Shown here in pieces: positions 14,667 through 27,283 of a stretch of 64,000 bases of DNA. Location: positions 255,440,001 through 255,504,000 of the forward strand of contig OZ024740.1 of assembly GCA_964016885.1 (NCBI GenBank), read 5' to 3'. Numbering within the stretch: position 1 is the first letter of the stretch; each line of letters begins with the position of its first letter. The notes beneath the pieces are model-generated. The model was not told the DNA's origin, ran no database searches, and saw nothing but the letters and a program-made list of their open reading frames with translations. Position numbers and translations under genes: made by a program. The DNA is from Eledone cirrhosa. Taxonomy: Eukaryota.

Positions 14667-14942
14667 CAGTTAATGTCCATTGTTATACAATGAAGTGACA
14701 TCTGTTTGTTACCAAAAACAACTGTCATATCGTGTTTCCACCTTAACGTCGTTAACTAGACCTGCTCACTACTACTACTACTACTGCTACTGCTACTACT
14801 ACTACTGCTGCTGCTACTACTACTGCTGCTGCTGCTGGGTGTTGTGGGGTAGTGTTGGTGGTTATGTCGATAGTCGTGTTGGTGTGGTGTTGGTGATGGT
14901 GGTAATGGTGGTGATAATTCTGGCTGTAATGGGGTGGCAAAC

Positions 14943-16418
14943 GTGGTGGTAGTAGTGTTGATAGTGGTGGTGGTGGTGGTGTTGGTGGTGGTAGTGTTCA
15001 TAGTGGTGGTTGTGGTGGTGGTAGTAGTAGTGTTGATAGTGGTGGTGGTGGTGGTGGTAGTAGTAGTGTTGATAGTGGTGGTGGTGGTGGTGGTGGTAAT
15101 AGTGTTGATAGTGGTGGTGGTGGTGTTGATAGTGGTGGTGGTGGTGGTGGTAGTAGTGTTGATAGTGGTGGTGATGGTGGTGGTAGTAGTGTTGATAGTG
15201 GTGGTGATGGTGGTGGTGGTAGTAGTAGTGTTGATAGTGGTGGTGGTGGTAGTGGTGGTGGTAGTGTTGATAGTGGTGGTGGTGGTGTTGATAGTGGTGG
15301 TGGTGGTGGTAGTGATGGTAGTGTTTATAGTGGTGGTGGTGGTGGTGTTGATAGTGGTGGTGGTGGTGGTGGTGTTGATAGTGGTGGTGGTGGTGGTGGT
15401 GGTGGTGGTAGTAGTGTTGATAGTGGTGGTGGTGGTGGTGGTGGTGGTGGTGGTGGTGGTGGTGGTAGTGGTGGTAGTGTTGATAGTGGTGGTGGTGGTG
15501 GTGGTGGTGGTTGTGGTGGTGGTGTTGATAGTGGTGGTGGTGGTGGTGGTGGTGGTTGTGGTGGTGGTGTTGATAGTGGTGGTGGTGGTGGTGGTGGTGG
15601 TGTTGATAGTGGTGGTGGTGGTGGTGGTGGTGGTGTTGATAGTGGTGGTGGTGGTGGTAGTAGTGTTGATAGTGGTGGTGGTGGTGGTGGTGTTGATAGT
15701 GGTGGTGGTGGTGGTGGTGTTGATAGTGGTGGTGGTGGTGGTGGTGGTGGTGGTAGTAGTGTTGATAGTGGTGGTGGTGGTGGTGGTGGTGGTGGTGGTG
15801 GTGGTGGTGGTAGTGGTGGTAGTGTTGATAGTGGTGGTGGTGGTGGTGGTGGTGGTTGTGGTGGTGGTGTTGATAGTGGTGGTGGTGGTGGTGGTGGTGG
15901 TTGTGGTGGTGGTGTTGATAGTGGTGGTGGTGGTGGTGGTGGTGGTGTTGATAGTGGTGGTGGTGGTGGTGGTGGTGGTGTTGATAGTGGTGGTGGTGGT
16001 GGTAGTAGTGTTGATAGTGGTGGTGGTGGTGGTGGTGCTGTTGATAGTGGTGGTGGTGGTGGTGGTGGTGGTGGTGGTGGTGGTGGTGTTGGTGGTGGTG
16101 GTGGTGGTTGTGGTGGTGGTGGTGGTGGTGGTGGTGGTAGTGGTGGTAGTGTTGATAGTGGTGGTGGTGGTAGTGGTGGTGGTGGTGGTGGTGTTGATAG
16201 TGGTGGTGGTGGTGGTGGTGCTGTTGATAGTGGTGGTGGTGGTGGTGGTGGTGGTGGTGGTGGTGGTGGTGGTGGTGGTGGAGGTGGTGGTGGTGGTGTT
16301 GATAGTGGTGGTGGTGGTGGTGGTGGTAGTGGTGGTAGTGTTGATAGTGGTGGTGGTGGTAGTGGTGGTGGTGGTGGTGGTGTTGATAGTGGTGGTGGTG
16401 GTGGTGTTGATAGTGGTG
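14943..16418. repeat. Compound triplet array of (GGT)n punctuated by GTTGATAGT
   Basis: Visible directly. It produces the poly-Val (+) and poly-Pro (-) artefact ORFs. Confidence 0.95.
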
Positions 16419-16697
16419 GGCCGTCGTTTTTATAACTCATTTATCATACAGTAATTATCATATGTTCAAAATATTTTAACATATTTCAACTTCTCCAACA
16501 TCATGGGGGATCATGTTTGTTTATGTGTAAATTTGTGTATGAGTGTGTGCGTGTGTGTATGTGTGCATGGATGTCTGTGTAGATGTGTAGATGTATGTGT
16601 GCGTGGGTGTATTTGTACCATCACCACTACCTTAATAGTAAAACTGTGTTGCTCACTAAAACATTGACATACACAATAAACCCTATTTACACTGATG

Positions 16698-16757
<60 letters not shown>

Positions 16758-16762
<5 letters not shown>

Positions 16763-17317
16763 ACCGTCAACACCACCTCAATGTCACAGACACACATTAA
16801 GACCCGCACCGACAAATATTTTCGTTACCGGTATTGTTATTGTGGTCAATGTTGCTGTAATAGCTTCACCATTTGTGTGTATGTGTGTGTGTGTGTGAAT
16901 ATATGTGTGTGTGTCTGTCTGTATGTGTGTGTATGCGCGCGCGCACGAGTCTGTATATGTATATATATATATGTGTGCGTGTGACTGTGTAAATTTATAT
17001 ATATATATTTATTTATTTATCTCCATATTTAAATACATTATAGTTATATTTATATATATGTATATATATATATAGAGAGAGAGAGAGAGCGCGAAAAGAG
17101 AGGGGGGAGGGGGGTAATTATGTGTGTAATGAGAGATTCATTGCCAGAAGTTACTTTATATTTAATCAAGTGTAGAGGGTTGCATTGAAGATATTAAAAA
17201 ACGTGAGATGGTGCGGGGGGGGGGGGGATCTTAATGTGTGTCTGTTGTATTGAGTTGGTGTTGACGGTAAAATACACACACACACACACACATACACCCC
17301 CCACACACACACATACG

Positions 17318-17378
<61 letters not shown>

Positions 17379-17495
17379 ACAAATGGTGAAGCTATTACAG
17401 CAACATTGACCACAATAACAATACCGGTAACGAAAATATTTGTCGGTGCGGGTCTTAATGTGTGTCTGTGACATGAGGTGGTGTTGACGGTAAAA
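16758..17495. repeat. Inverted duplication of an approximately 125-bp unique segment (16758-16885 versus 17372-17495) embedded in (TG)n/(CA)n
   Basis: ttttaccgtcaacaccacctca...gcttcaccatttg on + recurs almost perfectly as its reverse complement. A partial third copy lies at about 17228-17275. Confidence 0.85.
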
Positions 17496-18243
17496 CACAC
17501 ACACACACACACACACAAACGTGCACTGATAACCACATAATCATGCACCCTCATCCCTCATAATCCACAGAACACTGAACAACGAACACCTTCCGTTACA
17601 TAGTTTTATCCCTTCATGTTTGCATTTCCAATACTTCCGCGGTCGACTTTACCAGTCAAACTTCCGGGGTCTTACGTCTTCTATTTGACCTCCCACCCTT
17701 CTCATTTCCTACACACATACCATAAACATCATATCACGTGAGCAAACAAAGCTCAGACGACAATCACGTGACTGACAACCGAGAAGAAAATATTTCATTG
17801 TTAAGGTCCTCGTCGTATAAGAGGTTATAACGGTTAATGATATTAATATTGGAGTTATAAAGATCGCGAGTTTCATTCCCTGACTCCGCGGCGGATTAAG
17901 ACCTTGAGCAAAACACGCTGCTACAGTCAAGTGAGTTGCGATAGCATAGCTGCCAAACTGTATCGCCATTTACCGTCCCTTTGATGACATTATATGTAGT
18001 GCATAAACATCATATCCACTACATATATATTGTGTACATATGTGTTGCGACGACCTAGAAAATTTTATGCGAATTTAACTTTTCCTTAGTCAACATCGGT
18101 GTCATGGAGAAGAGATGATGGCAGGGCCGGACTCTCACCTACTGAGGTCCCAAGCAATATGAAATTAAAAATTTGGGGTAAAAAATTAAAAATAATTCAT
18201 ATTTATGGTAATTATAAAGAATAAATAAATAATATATATATAA

Positions 18244-18928
18244 CACTGAAACGACCTCATCGTATGGGACCGATATACCTTCGATCACTTTCTCACTCAC
18301 TCAATGATTTCATTAAGTCAGTATCATTATGATACTGACCAAAGGAAAGCAGAGTGCACACTAATACGTTAAATAGTGAGAAAAACGATTTCGTGTGGGT
18401 AGAAAATTTGATTTTCTGATCCCGGACTAATGCATCTGCCGGCCACAGTCCATATGGAACTGATGTGCACAAAAATTAGGTAATGCTATAATGCATTACA
18501 TCATTGGCTAAGAGAAGCTTCATCAGCGATGAATTAGCCTCTCTGAAACAGGTCAGCTACGAACCTGCTGCCCTGATGTAAATTCGCAATTACAGTGGTA
18601 AGCAATTACAGTGCAGGGGAGTTAAGCTAGTTTTGCGTATTCTCAGAGAACACGTTGGCACGTTTTTTGTCAAATTTAGAAAAAAAAAAAAATGAATATG
18701 GGCCATGCAGCACCCAACCAGGGCTTCCGTACAGAAAGCAAAGACAAAATTGCGAACAGTTAATAAAAAATCGAACTATAATAAACAGAGTAAAAAGTTC
18801 AATTTACAATTTGGATGCAAGTTATCCCTGGGAGTTTAAAATAATAATACTGAAACGAAGTCATCGAATAGGACCGATACATCTTCGATCGTTTCCCCAC
18901 TCACTCAATAATTGAATTAAGTCTGTAT
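18244..18928 (+). repeat. Diverged approximately 80-bp direct repeat pair (about 18244-18324 and 18849-18928)
   Basis: actgaaacga..tcatcg.at.ggaccgata.a.cttcgatc..tt...cactcactcaat.att..attaagtc.gtat occurs twice. Confidence 0.7.
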
Positions 18929-20218
18929 ATATATATGTATATATATATATATATAGCGATGGGGTTACCAATATAGCGATGGTACCTTGTTTGGTTGTTG
19001 GTAGTGTGTGAATTGATATTTGTCCGTTGTTAGGTGGTTTATGTTCATTGTGGGTTGGCAGATGTTGAAGTAGCAATTTGTTGTTGGCTTGCTTTGTGAT
19101 TACGTATACGGTAAAATTGTCCCATAATTAAAGCGATGTGTGAATACTGTTGAATGAAAAAATAGAATATGATCACTAGTTAAAGAATTTTTATTTAGAA
19201 ATAACTTACGTTGATAAGACAGGAAAAAAAACCCAAAGAACCAAATGAATTGTATGTTATGTTTGTGTGGTGATTTGCGTGAATGCAGTAGTAGCCTAAC
19301 CAGATACATTGAACTAACCTGTATCCAGGTACCAACCCTGTCGATTGGACCGTAGTGCCTTTTTGCTAAGCGTTAGATCTCTCGACTGCTTGAGTAACTC
19401 AAAGCGATGTCCTTCTCTTCCGAAAAACAAGAGCGGAATGGGCTGAAGAAGGTGTTATCTTTGATAAACTGTATATGACCTGGCGGGATGCTATCGCCAG
19501 ACATATTGGCAACAACAAATAACTCAAGACAAAAAGAAAAATGAACATCGCGGGATAGTGTGAAGAGATGTTGCTACATATTAGCACAGATTAAAAGTTT
19601 GAGCGAGATCATCATAATTTTTTATGATTTGGTGTTAAAGAATAAAAACTAATGATAAATAAAGATATATTTGAAAAAAATGAAGAAGCCTAGAATTAAC
19701 TTACACACCACCAAGATTATCCCTAACACCATCACCGACGACATCCACAACCACCCCCACCATTACACCCAACACGACCATCACAATCACTACTATGTAA
19801 ACAACTTCATTCCACCTCCTCATCTCAGTTGTCTCTCCCACCATCAAACATAATACTCATAATTAACATCCGCATCTCCACTAACACCACCAGCACCACC
19901 ACTACGACTACCACCACCACCACCACCACCAGTGGTGATGTAATACATGCCAAAATCGAGACACACCTAAACTTTCCTTATCAGAGATTCGATCGCAGAT
20001 CCTTGTCTAGTCAGTTTTCCTCATTGAATACTTCCTGTACTCTGTTGATTTTTGTGGAGCAGTACACCAAGACGAGTCAGATCAGTCACATCTAGTACTA
20101 TACTAAATTACAGTATACCACTGGTTACAGATCACAACACACTATACACGGCCTCACTTTATACACTCCATCACTAATATCTATCCACATCACATCACAC
20201 TCACCAACACGCATGGTG

Positions 20219-20278
20219 TCTTCTTCTTCTTCTTCTTCTTCTTCTTCTTCTTCTTCTTCTTCTTCTTCTTCTTCTTCT
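20219..20278. repeat. (TTC)n microsatellite
   Basis: Visible directly in the sequence. Confidence 0.95.
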
Positions 20279-20728
20279 TTATATTGCTCGATACTAACAA
20301 CACGCCATCGAAATTGCAAGAGCGTCGAAACTCGGGCAGTAACTCATTATAATATATATATACAGTATATATATGTAAGTATGCAAATGTACACACATAC
20401 ATGTATACACACACACACATTTATACATATACATATGTACGTATGGGTTATATCGAACATTAATAATAATCGATATAATCCACACGTACATATGTATTTG
20501 TATATATATGTGTATGTATATATATAGGTGTGTTTATATGTATGTGTGTGTACGTGTGCATGCTTGCATTTATGTATCAGCTGTGCTAGGGCGAGAAATA
20601 AAATTCTAATTTTAGTTTTAATATTCGACAAGGCCAGTCGTAACTGTATGCAAATGAGGCTACTCAGCTGATATGTACTTAAGAAAATACTATATATTTT
20701 CTACCGTTCAACAGACTGGCAGAGGTAT

Positions 20729-20771
20729 ACAGTCCTGATGAAGGGTAATGACCCAGAAACATGTTGATTGT
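20729..20771 (+). ncRNA. Putative minimal type I hammerhead ribozyme (Penelope/retrozyme-like)
   Basis: Stem I ACAGUC/GAUUGU; core CUGAUGA (20735-20741); stem II GGGU-AAUG-ACCC; GAAAC (20756-20760); palindromic AACAUGUU stem III; GUU cleavage triplet. The base pair closing stem II is an A-A mismatch. Confidence 0.6.
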
Positions 20772-20916
20772 TCCTCAAAGCCAGTGTTGAACAAACAGGT
20801 GACGATCGGTCACCGGCACAACACAGCTTGAAATCAGGCCGTTTGTTTACAAAGGAATCGAACATTATTATTAATGTTCGATATAACCCATACGTACATA
20901 TGTATATATGTGTGTG

Positions 20917-20986
<70 letters not shown>

Positions 20987-21096
20987 TGAATATATATGTG
21001 TGTGTGTGTGTGTGCATATATGTATGTGGGCACATGTGCATACTTACATTTATGTATCAGTTGTGCTAGGGCGAGAAATAAAATTCTAATTTTCTT

Positions 21097-21170
<74 letters not shown>

Positions 21171-21479
21171 CGCGCATGTCTCTGTGTGATAACTGTCACT
21201 TCATTACAGAAGACTGACCCTTCAACGATTCCCATGAACTAACGCCAATTGCAGGCTGCTGGCCAGTTTGATGACAGAACTAGCTTTGTTTAAGTCACCT
21301 TTTCAAGACACTTCCCATGTGGTTTGAGTGAGCAGCGCGTCCCCAAAATGTGCTGCTCAGACGCTCAAAAATCCGCCGGAGAATGTTGCTGTTCCGTTTA
21401 ACACTGCCGTGAGTTTAAGATAAGACTCGAGCCACCCACATGTATATTTGTGACTATGGGGTTCTAACCGGTCGAGTTT

Positions 21480-21715
21480 GCACAGGTTGCCACTCCACCA
21501 CCGCTGCGGGACTTATGAAGAAATATCTGCACATGAAGATGGCAATGTTATACATATAGCATCCATTCCATCTCCCCAGCTATGTGTCCAGTCTCAAGCC
21601 AAGGCAAGATAGCAGGACAGTTACGAGGATAGCACGTGTCATGGAGTTTAACCTCTCCAGAGAGTGTAGCCGTACTCTCCACGTTTGGCCAGTTGCAGGT
21701 TGGTGAAGCTATTTA
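21480..21715 (-). pseudogene. Possible highly degenerate APE-endonuclease N-terminus of a LINE
   Basis: The minus strand reads ...NVES...ET...KSRSGGGVA, in the motif order of APE domains, but with stops and frameshifts. Confidence 0.3.
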
Positions 21716-21980
21716 ACCCATAATTGGGATGCATAGCCGTTGAATGTGGAGTTCCACTGCCCTTTGACAGCTCTTGTTTTTGTACTGTTGGGTTTCCACT
21801 TACCCTCCTCACAGACCAGGGTAGAGCACTCAGTACAAAGGACGCGTTTGGTATAGAGTTAGTTCCACAACAAATTAACAAACCATACCGCAGCCATACA
21901 GGGGTTGAAAATCCGTCCGGTAAACTCGCGCGTCCTCGAGTATAGTTTGCTAATTTGTTGTGGAATTCTCTCTCTCTATG

Positions 21981-22231
<251 letters not shown>

Positions 22232-22485
22232 GAATATATATATCAGAAGTGAATGGTCAACAATGGCCAGTAACGATAGTGGAGAAAATAATTTTAGCAA
22301 AAGATATGTTCCATGCGAGAGAGTAAAAAGTAAAAGATTAAATAGAATAAACGAAAAAAGCTCACAGATGTTGACTCATATAAGCTCCTGTCTTTGATTC
22401 GTAGACGGAATTCTGGTTCATGGATGTGGTTTAGGAGGCCTTCTTCACTTAAGTTATTCTTTTCGATGATAATAATAATAAATAT

Positions 22486-22673
22486 TATTATTTCTACTTT
22501 AGCCACAAGGCCAGCAAATACCCAGTACATTACTGGTACTTTATTTTATCGACCCCGTAAGGATGAAAGGCAAAGTCAACCTCGGCGGGATTTGAACTCA
22601 GACTGTAAAGGGACGTAACTATGCTAGAAAGCATGGCGTCCAACCCTCTACCGATACTGCCAATTCACCGCCC
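22486..22673 (-). mobile_element. Full-length tRNA-derived SINE, about 190 bp
   Basis: On the minus strand: A-box-like TGGCAGTATCGG (22662-22651), B-box-like GAGTTCAAATCCC (22599-22587), and a core GCCTTTCATCCTTACGGGGTCGATAAAATAAAGTACCAG resembling conserved metazoan SINE core domains. Both flanks are ATT repeats, and three further partial copies occur in the window. Confidence 0.85.
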
Positions 22674-22722
<49 letters not shown>

Positions 22723-22723
<1 letters not shown>

Positions 22724-25700
22724 GGGAAGAAGACGCACGAGGTGACGGAGGTCATGAAATCGCTCCCGTAAGTTTTGAATTTTTAACATATTTAAATCAT
22801 TTGTGAAATAACAACTCTTAGTACAAATGCTACGTAAAGCACCCGGCTTGAGCCCCAAAAAATTCGGACCCAAAATATATTGTTATAAGGCTCAAATATT
22901 CAAATATTCAACTTTGTATTGTACACTGTATATCCAAAAAAAAAAAATGGCTATAAATGGAAGAAGAAGAACCCCCCCCCCCCCCTCCTCTCCTCTGGCT
23001 ACACTATATAGGACAGCTAAACTCACCAACACCAGAAACTAGATACACCACCCACCCCATCATCTGTGTACACTAAACACAACAGCATTTTCACCTTCAC
23101 CGCCACCGCTCACTACGGCCATCATTACCACCACTATCCCATCACCGCCGCCACCACCCCTTGACTCCTTCACTGCTGCTGCCACCGCTACAGCACCATC
23201 ACTACAGTAATACGGTCGCATCACCGCCACCACTGCCTCGGTATCGACATCACCACCACCACTGTCTCAGTATCGCCAACGCCACCAGTCTCCCACTTCT
23301 CCCTGCTGGCTGCCACTTCCACATTATAGAATTCCTACTACTAACAAAGAGGAAGGCATCAAAATATATAGATAGACTCAAAAGAAAAAAGAAAAAACAA
23401 ACAACAAAACCAAAGCAGCACAGCAACAACAGCAAAAAACGAGAAAAACAAACAGAGAAAAACAAAAACAAAAAAAGAAACCCCAAAAACGTAAAGAAAA
23501 TAAGAATGAAGAGAGAAGCAGGCGGACGGACAGAGAAGAGGGGGGAAAAAGTAAAACTTAAAAAACAAAAACTAAGTCAGACATTCGAATACTACATTAC
23601 AATGAAACTTATGCTTATTCATTTTTGGGGCCCTTTCTGCCCGTGTGTTTGTTTGTTTATGTGTGTTCGTATACAGCGTGGTGATAATGCCACACAAGGG
23701 CCAAGTGGGATGGCGGATCCACAGATGGCTATGTAAACATACATTCGCCAATCCTCGATAAGAGTGTTTAAATATCGAACATAAACAGTTCGAATAACGG
23801 TGAAATGGAGACTAGAACGTCATGTGACAGACTCTCACCCAACAGGTGCCCCCTGGCTCAGCAGCAGGAACCTGACTGTCAACCAAATACTGCTGATGTT
23901 GGAGGAAGAAGAAGAAGGAAAGGGGCCAGAACCAACTGGACGAAAGAATTGAATAGAACTGTTATGCAATGCTACCTGAAAAGTAACCCCAAGGAGAGGG
24001 GCTACAGGAGACGGATGCATAACATCTGGAACGAGATTGGTTTATTTAAATTAGATGAACAAAAATTGGCCGGGCAGGCTCGGGTAATAAGAACTAATGG
24101 GTGGATAAGCGAGCTGGAACTGGAGGAACTGAGCAGAGAGAATGGCTTGGAGATGGCGGGTGTAGTATGCCAGACAAGCGAGCCGGCGGGAAATGAAGGT
24201 GAGGAGGTCCTGAGAACGGAGGAACCACCCGAAGCAGACAATGATCTGAATACTGAGATACATAATACCTGGAACAGAGATACGGCCACTGAGGAGATGA
24301 ATGCTGACGGGCTAGGACAAGATTCGGTTGACATCCTAAATTTAGTGGTAGATGAGTTGAACAATGATAGTGGGAGACCTATGAACCTAAGATTTGTAGA
24401 AAGGAAAAAGTTAAAAGAAACAACAGCTAAGGTAAACAAAGTCATCCCATACCTTGAGGCGAGGAGTCTTCACCAGTGCAACAATATCCTCAAAGCAACA
24501 GCAAATACGGTGAGGAAACTACTTGGTATAAAAGCGAGAGGAAACAACAGACAAGAAAGAGCAGAGCCGTGGTGGAAGAAGCGACTGAGTGGGCAAATCG
24601 GGGAAATGAGAAATGACATAGGAAAGCTTGAGTCACTACTGAATGGGACACTAAAAAACATAGGCACTAAAAATAGACTGGAAATAAAATACAAAACTAG
24701 GAGTAAAAAGCTAAATATTATCATAGAGGAATTGAAGCAACGCATTGTAGCAAAGAGTGCCAAAATCAGGCGATACGAGAACAGAGTCAGTCAGTATAAA
24801 CAGAACCGCATGTTCGACAACAACCAGAAGATGCTGTTTGGACAGCTTGAGGGGAAAGAAAGAGGCAACGACTTGATCCCTGGGGCGGAACAAGCTAAAA
24901 CATTCTGGAGAGGAATATGGGAGCAGGATGTTAGACACAATGCCCAGGCAGGGTGGATTGAGACAGTACAGAGGGAGATCGGTGAGCAGGCACAACAACA
25001 GACTGATTTGAGTATCACAGTTGAAACTCTTAAGGGGCAAGCCAAAAAACTAACCAACTGGAAATCACCAGGCCCAGATGGTGTGCAGGGGTATTGGATT
25101 AAACATTTAACATCCCTCCACCCGAAGCTGACGGCCATGTTCAATGACTGCTTGGTGTCGGGTGAGGTGCCAGAGTGGTTGACAAAAGGTACCACAGTTC
25201 TGATAATGAAAGACCGAATCAAGGGTAATGATGTTACCAACTATAGACCTATCACATGTCTGCCCGTAATGTGGAAACTGTTGACGAGCATTGTGTCTGA
25301 GGAAATCTGCCATCACCTCCACACAAACAACTTGTTACCGGACGAACAGAAAGGATGCCGAAAGAAGTCACGTGGTACAAAGGACCAGTTGCTTATTGAT
25401 AAGATGGTAATGAGGAATTGCAGGAGGAGACACACTGATCTTGCCATGGGATGGATAGACTACAGAAAGGCATTTGACATGGTGCCTCATTCCTGGATCA
25501 CCAAAAGCCTGGAGATCTTCAGGGTGGCGGATAACATCAGACAGTTGCTGGGCAGGAGTATGGGGTCCTGGGAGACAGAGTTGACATCAACTGGAGTATC
25601 CTTGGGAAGCGTGAAGATCAAGAGAGGTATCTTCCAGGGAGATAGCCTGTCCCCTCTGTTGTTTGTCCTTGCCCTGATGCCCTTGACCATTATGCTGCGA

Positions 25701-27283
25701 AAAGTGAGAGCAGGATACAAGTTGGGAAGGGGAGAGCTTACCATCAATCACCTCCTCTTCATGGACGATCTTAAGCTCTTCGGGAAAAGTGAGAAGGAGT
25801 TGGATGTGCTTGTTGACACTGTCCGTATTTTCAACAGTGATATATGTATGCAGTTTGGTATTGGTAAATGTGGAGTCATTGTGATGAAGAGGGGTAGGTT
25901 GAGCAGAAGTAACGGGATCCAGATACCAACAGGTGAGATGATAAAGGAAATTGACTCTGAGGAAGGATACAAGTATTTGGGCGTTCTGGAGGCTGATGGC
26001 ATAAAGAACAAAAAAATGAAGGAATTGTTAAGAACTGAATACATTCGGAGAGTAAGGAGCGTATTGAAGTCACATCTGAACAGCAGAAATGCCATAAGCG
26101 CAGTAAATTCCCGAGCTGTGTCTATTATTAGGTACAGTGCGGGAATTCTGAGATGGAATGTTGCTGAAGAAAAAGAAATGGATAGGAAGACTAGGAAGCT
26201 ATTGACTATCTACAACATGTTCCACAAGAGGAGTGATGTCGATAGACTCTACCTAAGGAGATCTGAGGGTGGAAGAGGTCTTATCAGCATAGAGGACTGT
26301 GTTCAGATGGAGAAAAACAACCTATACAAATACGTGACCTATAGTAAGGAGCCAATGCTCAGAACTGTACTGAAGGAGGGGACAGTAGGCCAGGGGATGT
26401 CCAAGGAGGAAATAACATCAAGGAGGAAGAGCAGCCTTAAGGGAAAATCCCTTCATAGTACCTTCTTTGAGAAAACTGAATTTAGAGATCCACAGACATG
26501 GAACTGGTTGAGAAGAGGAAACCTCAAAAAGGCTACAGAAGGAATGCTAATGGCTGCGCAGGAGCAGGCCCTCAAAACGAAGTGGTTGAAGCACCATATC
26601 TACAAGGAGGAGGCTAGCCCACTGTGCAGGATCTGTGGAGAGAGAGAGGAGACTGTGGCTCACATTGTGTCCGAGTGTAAACACCTAGCCCAGACCCACT
26701 ATAAGGGCTGGAGACACGATGTGATGGGCAGGGTGATCCACTGGCACCTGTGCAAAGTAAACAATCTACCACATTCTGAGAAATGGTATGAGCATAGGCC
26801 AGAGGCGGTGATGGAGAACAGTCAGGTGAAGGTGCTGTGGGATTTTAGGATACAGACGGACAAAAAACTGGAACACAATAGACCTGACCTGGTGGTTGTG
26901 GACAAAGAAAAAAGATCGTGCCTGATTGTGGATGTGGCCTGCCCGTTCGACACGAGAGTGCAAGAGAAGGAGAGGGAGAAAATTAACCGATACCAGGACC
27001 TAAAGTGGGAGGTGAAAAGGATTTGGAACTGCCATGAAGTCAAAGTGATCCCGATTGACATAGGCGCACTGGGGACTATCTCCAAAGGTTTCCAGGGATG
27101 GTTAAAGAAAATCGGCCCCTTCACGCTTTTTGGAACGCTTAAAAAGGCATGCTTGCTTGGAACGGCAAAAACCCTCCGATACGTCCTGAATATCTGAGGC
27201 TGCAGGTAGTGGCTTGATATTCAATCCAACGGACTTTCCAGTTAACCAACATCAATGACTGAGATTCAAGGAATAACAATAAC

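Noticed and set aside
14934-16454. Poly-Val and poly-Pro ORFs as genes
   Set aside because: Fully explained by the triplet repeat, with no unique coding flanks.
18500-18535. Second hammerhead on the minus strand (CTGATGAAGCT...AGC)
   Set aside because: The GAAA core is missing (it reads CAAT) and there is no convincing stem I or III.
22586-22673. tRNA gene
   Set aside because: A and B boxes are present, but there is no convincing cloverleaf and the sequence continues into a repeated SINE body.
23161-23736. 191-aa ORF as ORF1 of the R4 element
   Set aside because: It is low complexity, has a non-ATG start and no motifs, and R4-clade elements normally have one ORF.
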